Source of the DNA: Malacoraja senta
Lineage: Eukaryota
NCBI GenBank assembly: GCA_038087875.1
Contig: JAXLNO010000172.1
Coordinates: 62,001 to 126,000 of the forward strand
DNA: 64,000 nucleotides
Reading direction: 5' to 3'
Shown: in pieces, positions 58,160-64,000 of the stretch
Position numbering within the stretch: the first letter of the stretch is position 1
Layout: every line of letters begins with the position of its first letter
Made by a program: the position numbers and the translations under genes
Notes under the pieces: model-generated
What the model saw: the letters and a program-made list of their open reading frames with translations, nothing else
Told to the model about the DNA's origin: nothing
Databases searched by the model: none

Positions 58160-61108
58160 ATGTAGGGGAGAGAGAAGAAAAAGACAATAAACAAAGAATA
58201 AGAGAGGGTGGGTTTCTTAAATGTGTATATTTTAATGCTAGGAGCATTGTAAGAAAGGTGGATGAACTTAAAGCCTGGATTGACACCTGGAAGTATGATG
58301 TTGTGGCGATCAGTGAAACATGGTTGCAGGAGGGCTGTGATTGGAAACTAAATATTCCAGGATTTCGTTGCTTCAGGTGTGATAGAATTGGAGTGGCAAG
58401 AGGTGGAGGTGTTGCATTGCTTATCAGGGAAGATATTACAGCAGTGCTTTGGCAGGATAGATTAGAGGGCTCTTCTAGGGAGGCTATTTGGGTGGAACTG
58501 AGAAATGGGAAAGGGGTAGCAACACTCATAGGGGTGTATTATAGACAGCCAAATGGGGAGCGAGAATTGGAAGAGCAAATATGTAAGGAGATTGCAGATA
58601 TTAGTAGTAAGCACAAGGTAGTGATTGTGGGAGATTTCAATTTTCCACACATAGACTGGGAAACACATTCTGTAAATGGGCTGGATGGGTTGGAGTTTGT
58701 AAAATGTGTGCAGGATAGTTTTTTGCAGCAATACATAGAAGTACCTACTAGAGAAGGGGCGGTGCTGGACCTCCTGTTAGGAAATGAGACGGTCAGGTGA
58801 CAGAGATATGCGTTGGGGAACAGTTCGGGACCAGTGATCACAATACCATTAGTTTCAATATAATTATGGAGAGGGTCAGAACTGGACCTAGGGTTGAGAT
58901 TATTGATTGGAGAAAGGCTAACTTTGAGGAGGTGCGAAAGGATTTAAAAGGAGTAAATTGGGACAGTTTGTTTTATGGGAAAGATGTGGAAGAGAAATGG
59001 AGGACATTTAAAGGTGAAATTTTAAGAGTACAGAATCTTTGTCCCTGTTCGGTTGAAAGGAAATAGTAAAAATTGGAAAGAGCCATGGTTTTCAAGGGAA
59101 ATTGGACACTTAGTTCGGAAAAAGAGAGAGATCTACAATAATTATAGGCAGCATGGAGTAAATGAGGTGCTTGAGGAGTATAAAAAATGTAAAAAGAGTC
59201 TTAAGAAATAAATTAGAAAAGCTAAAAGAAGAATGAGGTTGCTTTGGCAAGTAAGGTGAAAGTAAATCCAAAGGGTTTCTACAGCTATATTAATAGCAAA
59301 AGGATAACGAGGGATAAAATTGGTCCATTAGAGAGTCAGAGTGGACAGCTATCTGCAGAGCCAAAAGAGATGGGGGAGATATTGAACAATTTCTTTTCTT
59401 CGGTATTCACCAAGGAGAAAGATATTGAATTATGTGAGGTAAGGGAAACAAGTAGAGTAGCTATGGAAACTATGAGATTCAAAGAAGAGGAAGTACTGAC
59501 ACTTTTGAGAAATATAAAAGTGGATAAGTCTCCAGGTCTGGACAGGATATTCCCTAGGACATTGAGGGAAGTTAGTGTAGAAATAGCAGGGGCTATGACA
59601 GAAATATTTCAAATGTCATTAGAAACGGCAATAGTGCCGGAGGATTGGCGTACTGCGCATGTTGTTCCATTGTTTAAAAAGGGGTCTAAGAGTAAACCTA
59701 GCAATTATAGACCTGTTAGTTTGACGTCAGTGGTGGGCAAATTAATGGAAAGGATACTTAGAGATAATATATATAAGCATCTGGATAAACAGGGGCTGAT
59801 TAGGAACAGTCAACATGGATTTATGCATGGAAGGTCATGTTTGACTAATCTTCTTGAATTTTCTGAAGAGGTTACTCGGGAAATTGATGAGGGTAAAGCC
59901 GTGGATGTTGTATATATGGACTTCAGTAAGGCCTTTGACAAGGTTCCTCACGGAAGGTTGGTTAAGAAGGTTCAATGGTTGGGTATTAATGGTGGAGTAG
60001 CAAGATGAATTCAACAGTGGCTGAATGGGAGATGCCAGAGAGTAATGGTGGATGGTTGTTTGTCAGGTTGGAGGCCAGTGACTAGTGGGGTGCCACAGGG
60101 ATCTGTGTTGGGTCCACTGTTGTTTCTCATGTACATCAATGATCTGGATGATTGTGTGGTAAATTGGATTAGTAAGTATGCAGATGATACTAAGATAGGT
60201 GGGGCTGTGGATAATGAAGTAGATTTTCGAAGTCTACAGAGAGATTTATGCCGGTTGGAAGAGTGGGCTGAAAGATGGCAGATGGAGTTTAATGCTGATA
60301 AGTGTGAGGTGCTACATCTTGGCAGGACAAATCAAAATAGGATGTACATGGTAAATGGTAGGGAATTGAAGAATGCAGGTGAACAGAGGGATCTTGGAAT
60401 AACTGTGCACAGTTCCCTGAAAGTGGAATCTCATGTAGATAGGGTGGTAAAGAAAGCGTTTGGTGTGCTGGCTTTTATAAATCAGAGCATTGAGTATAGA
60501 AGTTGGGATGTAATGTTAAAATTGTACAAGGCATTGGTGAGGCCAATTCTGGAGTATGGTGTACAATTTTGGTCGCCTAATTATAGGAAGGATGTCAACA
60601 AAATAGAGAGAGTACAGAGGAGATTTACTAGAATGTTGCCTGGGTTTCAGCAACTAAGTTACAAAGAAAGGTTGAACAAGTTAGGGCTTTATTCTTTGGA
60701 GCGCAGAAGGTTAAGGGGGGACTTGATAGAGGTCGTTAAAATGATGAGAGGGATAGACAGAGTTGACGTGGATAAGCTTTTCCCATTGAGAGTAGGGAAG
60801 ATTCAAACAAGGGGACATGACTTGAGAATTAAGGGACAGAAGTTTAGGGGTAACATGAGGGGGAACTTCTTTACTCAGAGAGTGGTGGCTGTGTGGAATA
60901 AGCTTCCAGTGAAGGTGGTGGAGGCAGGTTCGTTTTTATCATTTAAAAATAAATTGGATAGTTATATGGACGGGAAAGGAATGGAGGGTTATGGTCTGAG
61001 CGCAGGTATATGGGACTAGGGGAGAATACGTGTTCGGCACGGACTAGAAGGGTCGAGATGGCCTGTTTCCGTGCTGTAATTGTTATATGGTTATATGGTT
61101 ATATATAT
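58160..61108 (+). mobile_element. CR1 (family A), nearly whole ORF2, disrupted
   Basis: Endonuclease 58153-58800, RT 59244-61019 with TGA at 60006-60008 and frameshifts; (TATATGGT)n tail. Confidence 0.93.
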
Positions 61109-61818
61109 TACAATAAATCTTCTTATTGATCATATAGAACCTTGGGCCAGGCGTAAGGGGGCTGGTGGCCTACACCTGTACTTATTTTCTGATTTTCTTA
61201 CATCTCTTCTACATTTTCTTTAAGGCAGACTCTGACAAAGTGGAACAAACATAATTATTGAATATTTGATGCCAGGTGCAAGCAATTCACTCAAGGAAGA
61301 GCAAAAGCACAGAGCTGATAAATCTGAGCAACAAATATCTGGGAACCAGAGAGAGAATAAAGGCAGAATGCATGAATTCTCTAGCAAGAGGTGGTGAAAG
61401 AGAAAGTGACTGAGGAGGAACTTTGGCCAGCACCCCCAAATTCATTCATGTCAGAACACTTGGGAATGTTCTTCAACAGTAGCTATGTACAACTCCATGT
61501 GGAGCAGAGACCCAATGAATCGTTAGTAACTTATGAAAACAAATAATCACAATTCTGTAAATATTTTCTTCATAAAAAAAAACGTGTTTTTTTTTTAAAT
61601 CATGCTTTCTGCATGTTTATTTCTCTTTCCAGTCTACCAAAATTGTTAATTTGGGTAAGGCAAATTATGAGAGATGAAAGGGTCACTAAATTGGAGCATT
61701 CCCAAGCTAAATTCAAGTTTCTCTGTGTATGTTGATGTACATTTAGCTGACGAGCTATAACTAAATAAATTAAATGGCCATGTTGATGGTTGTTTTTAAA
61801 TCTCAACTCTATTTAAAG

Positions 61819-61975
61819 GCAATATTATATATGGAGAAACAACCTTGGCACACACGACTCTGAATGGATCAAGCTATTATCACCCAGACTGGTCTCACGC
61901 TGCTGCCCATGTTACTGCCCCTCCTCTCCGACTGGATGCTAGCACTCCCAACTACCTCATGAGCTTGCTAGCCAG
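61819..61975 (+). CDS. DPYSL5: CRMP5 coding exon 7 (gene continues beyond the window)
   Basis: (G)NIIYGETTLAHTTLNGSSYYHPDWSHAAAHVTAPPLRLDASTPNYLMSLLA; 157 nt; phase matches exon 6; GTATGT donor. Confidence 0.93.
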
Positions 61976-63324
61976 GTATGTTTCTATAACAGGCTTAACA
62001 AGAAATTCTTTATCGTTTACTACCACCCTCAAGTTGAATTATGTTTCACTGAGCTGTGATCAATTCTATTAATAAATAGAATATAATTATTCTGCCCAAC
62101 TTAATTGAAATGTTAGAAAATTATAAATTGGCAAATGCATTCTTAAAATTTTGAATGATGCATATGTATAGCATAGATTTGAATATAAAAGTGAGAATTT
62201 CTGGTGTAAATTGAAAATGCTACTAACAACATGATAGTAATTATCGATGCTTAAACGATAAACATTAAAACCTTTTTTCTGTTCAAAACTTAAAAGTTAC
62301 AAATTGACTAAGCCCATTTTAATGATCAGCCCACTCTTGAGAAAATCTTGAGAACCAGCCATCAGGACAGCTTAAAGACGATATCCTGCAACAACTACCA
62401 ACTGATTCCCATGGACTATTCCTCTATCTACAATACTCAAGGCAACAGTCAGATAGAATATAGTACATTTGCTTGAATGATTACAGTTCTAACAACACAT
62501 GAAGCTTGACACTATTCAGAATAAAGCAGTCTGCGTGACTGGCACCCATTCCACCACCCTAAACATTTATTTCCGCATTCATGGGCACTAACTTCCTCAT
62601 TTGCGAGTTATGTTTCCAAAGACTCCAATTATTCGAGTTATGCTCACAACAAAGAAAGATGGTTGTGGTGTTCAGAGGGCAATCATTCCAACCCCAAGGC
62701 TTCACTGTAGGAATTGCCATGGTACTGTTATTGGGCCAATCATCTCCATTTGGTCTGTGACCTTCCTTCACAATAAGCGAGGATTGCACAATGTTCAATT
62801 CCTTTATAATATATTAGCAAATGAAGCAGTGCATGACTGCATAAGACATGGACAGAAATTGACAATTGGCAGCCAGGTAATGACCATGTCCAACTTGAGA
62901 TGGTCTAACTGCTCACCCTTGACATTAAATAGAAATACCATCACCATGTTCTACCCCATCAATATTCTGAGAATCACCATTGACCAGGAACACGACTGGA
63001 TCACATCAGTACTATGGCTGCAAGAGTAGGTCAGAGGTTGTGTATTCTATGATGAGTGAATTGCCTTCTAACACCGAAAGGCTATTCCACCATCTTCAAA
63101 GCACAAGGGAGCAGTGTGATGAAAAACGTTCCAATTGTGTAAATGAGAACAGTGCCAATAACTTTCAAGAACATTGACACCATCCAGGACAAACCAGCCC
63201 ACTTGATTAATATTCCTTCAATCTCCCTAAATATTTATTCCCTCCACTAGCACAAAATAATTGGTGTGTGTAGCATGCACAAAATATTACTTGCCTGGGT
63301 TTCTTTGACTGCACCTTCCAAGCC

Positions 63325-63610
63325 TTTAGACTTTAGAAATACAGCCTTTCAGCCCACTGAGTCTGTCCTGACAAGCGATCACCCCGTACACTAACACCAT
63401 CCTGCACATTAGGGACAATTTACAATTTTACTGAAGCCAATTAACCTACAAACCTGTACGTCTTTGGAGTGTGGGAGGAAACCGGATGGAGCACCCGGAG
63501 AAAACCCAAGGAGAACGTACAAATTCTGTACAGACGGCACCCGTAGTCGGGATCGAACCTAGGTCTCTTGCGCTGTAAGGCAGCAACTCTAACACGGTGC
63601 CGCCACTCCC
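63325..63610 (-). mobile_element. tRNA-derived V-SINE (HE1-like)
   Basis: B box GGTTCGATCC, V-domain and CR1-type tail; homologous to 44535-44850. Confidence 0.85.
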
Positions 63611-63711
63611 TTGACCTCTTCCATCGACGAGGACAGTGGTAGTAAGCAAAAGAGAATGCCGCTACCTGCAGGTTTCCATCCAAGTTGCATACCATCCTGG
63701 CTTGGACGTAG

Positions 63712-64000
63712 TGTGTATGAGGGGACTGTAGATGCTGATTTAAACCGAAGATAGACCCAAAAAGCTGGAGTAACTCAGTGGGACAGGCAGTATCTCTGGA
63801 GAGAAGGAATGTGTGACATTTCAGGTCAAGACCATTCTTCAGACTGGTTAGGGATAAGGGAAGCGAGAGATATAGATGGTGATGTGGAGAGATAAAGAAC
63901 AATGAATGAAAGATATGCAAAAAAGTAACAATGATAAAGGAAGCAGGCCATTGTTAGCTGTTTGTAGGGTGAAAATGAGAAGCTAGTGCAACTTGGATGG
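63712..64000 (-). mobile_element. Penelope-like element 3' end (runs off the window)
   Basis: Same terminal repeat; CTGAAGAATGGTCTTGACCTGAAATGTC on the minus strand at 63815-63842. Confidence 0.75.

Overview
Eukaryotic, repeat-dense vertebrate DNA. The repeat content (HE1-type V-SINEs, CR1, Penelope-like elements) suggests a cartilaginous fish such as a skate or ray; this is inferred. The one clear host gene is DPYSL5/CRMP5 on the + strand. It has a CpG-island promoter with two divergent ZNF143-type motifs, then seven GT-AG coding exons (261/159/180/69/45/76/157 nt, 12719-61975), and continues past the window. The rest is mostly nested mobile DNA: two Gypsy LTR elements (one with both LTRs, a tRNA-Leu PBS and a 5-bp TSD), a candidate solo LTR, a near full-length L1, several CR1 copies (one full length with an esterase ORF1), L2 and Rex1 LINEs, a non-autonomous Helitron, an internally deleted IR/DR Tc1, V-SINEs and a degenerate tRNA-Ala(AGC). 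Two signals stand out. First, a family of ~130-470 bp Penelope-derived insertions with 12-15 bp TSDs, whose shortest members start at a hammerhead-ribozyme-like core. Second, an unclassified DNA transposon with a 7-bp TSD and asymmetric termini, one copy of which keeps a Spin/Ssty(Tudor)-like C-terminal ORF. All family names come from motif recognition, not database searches.
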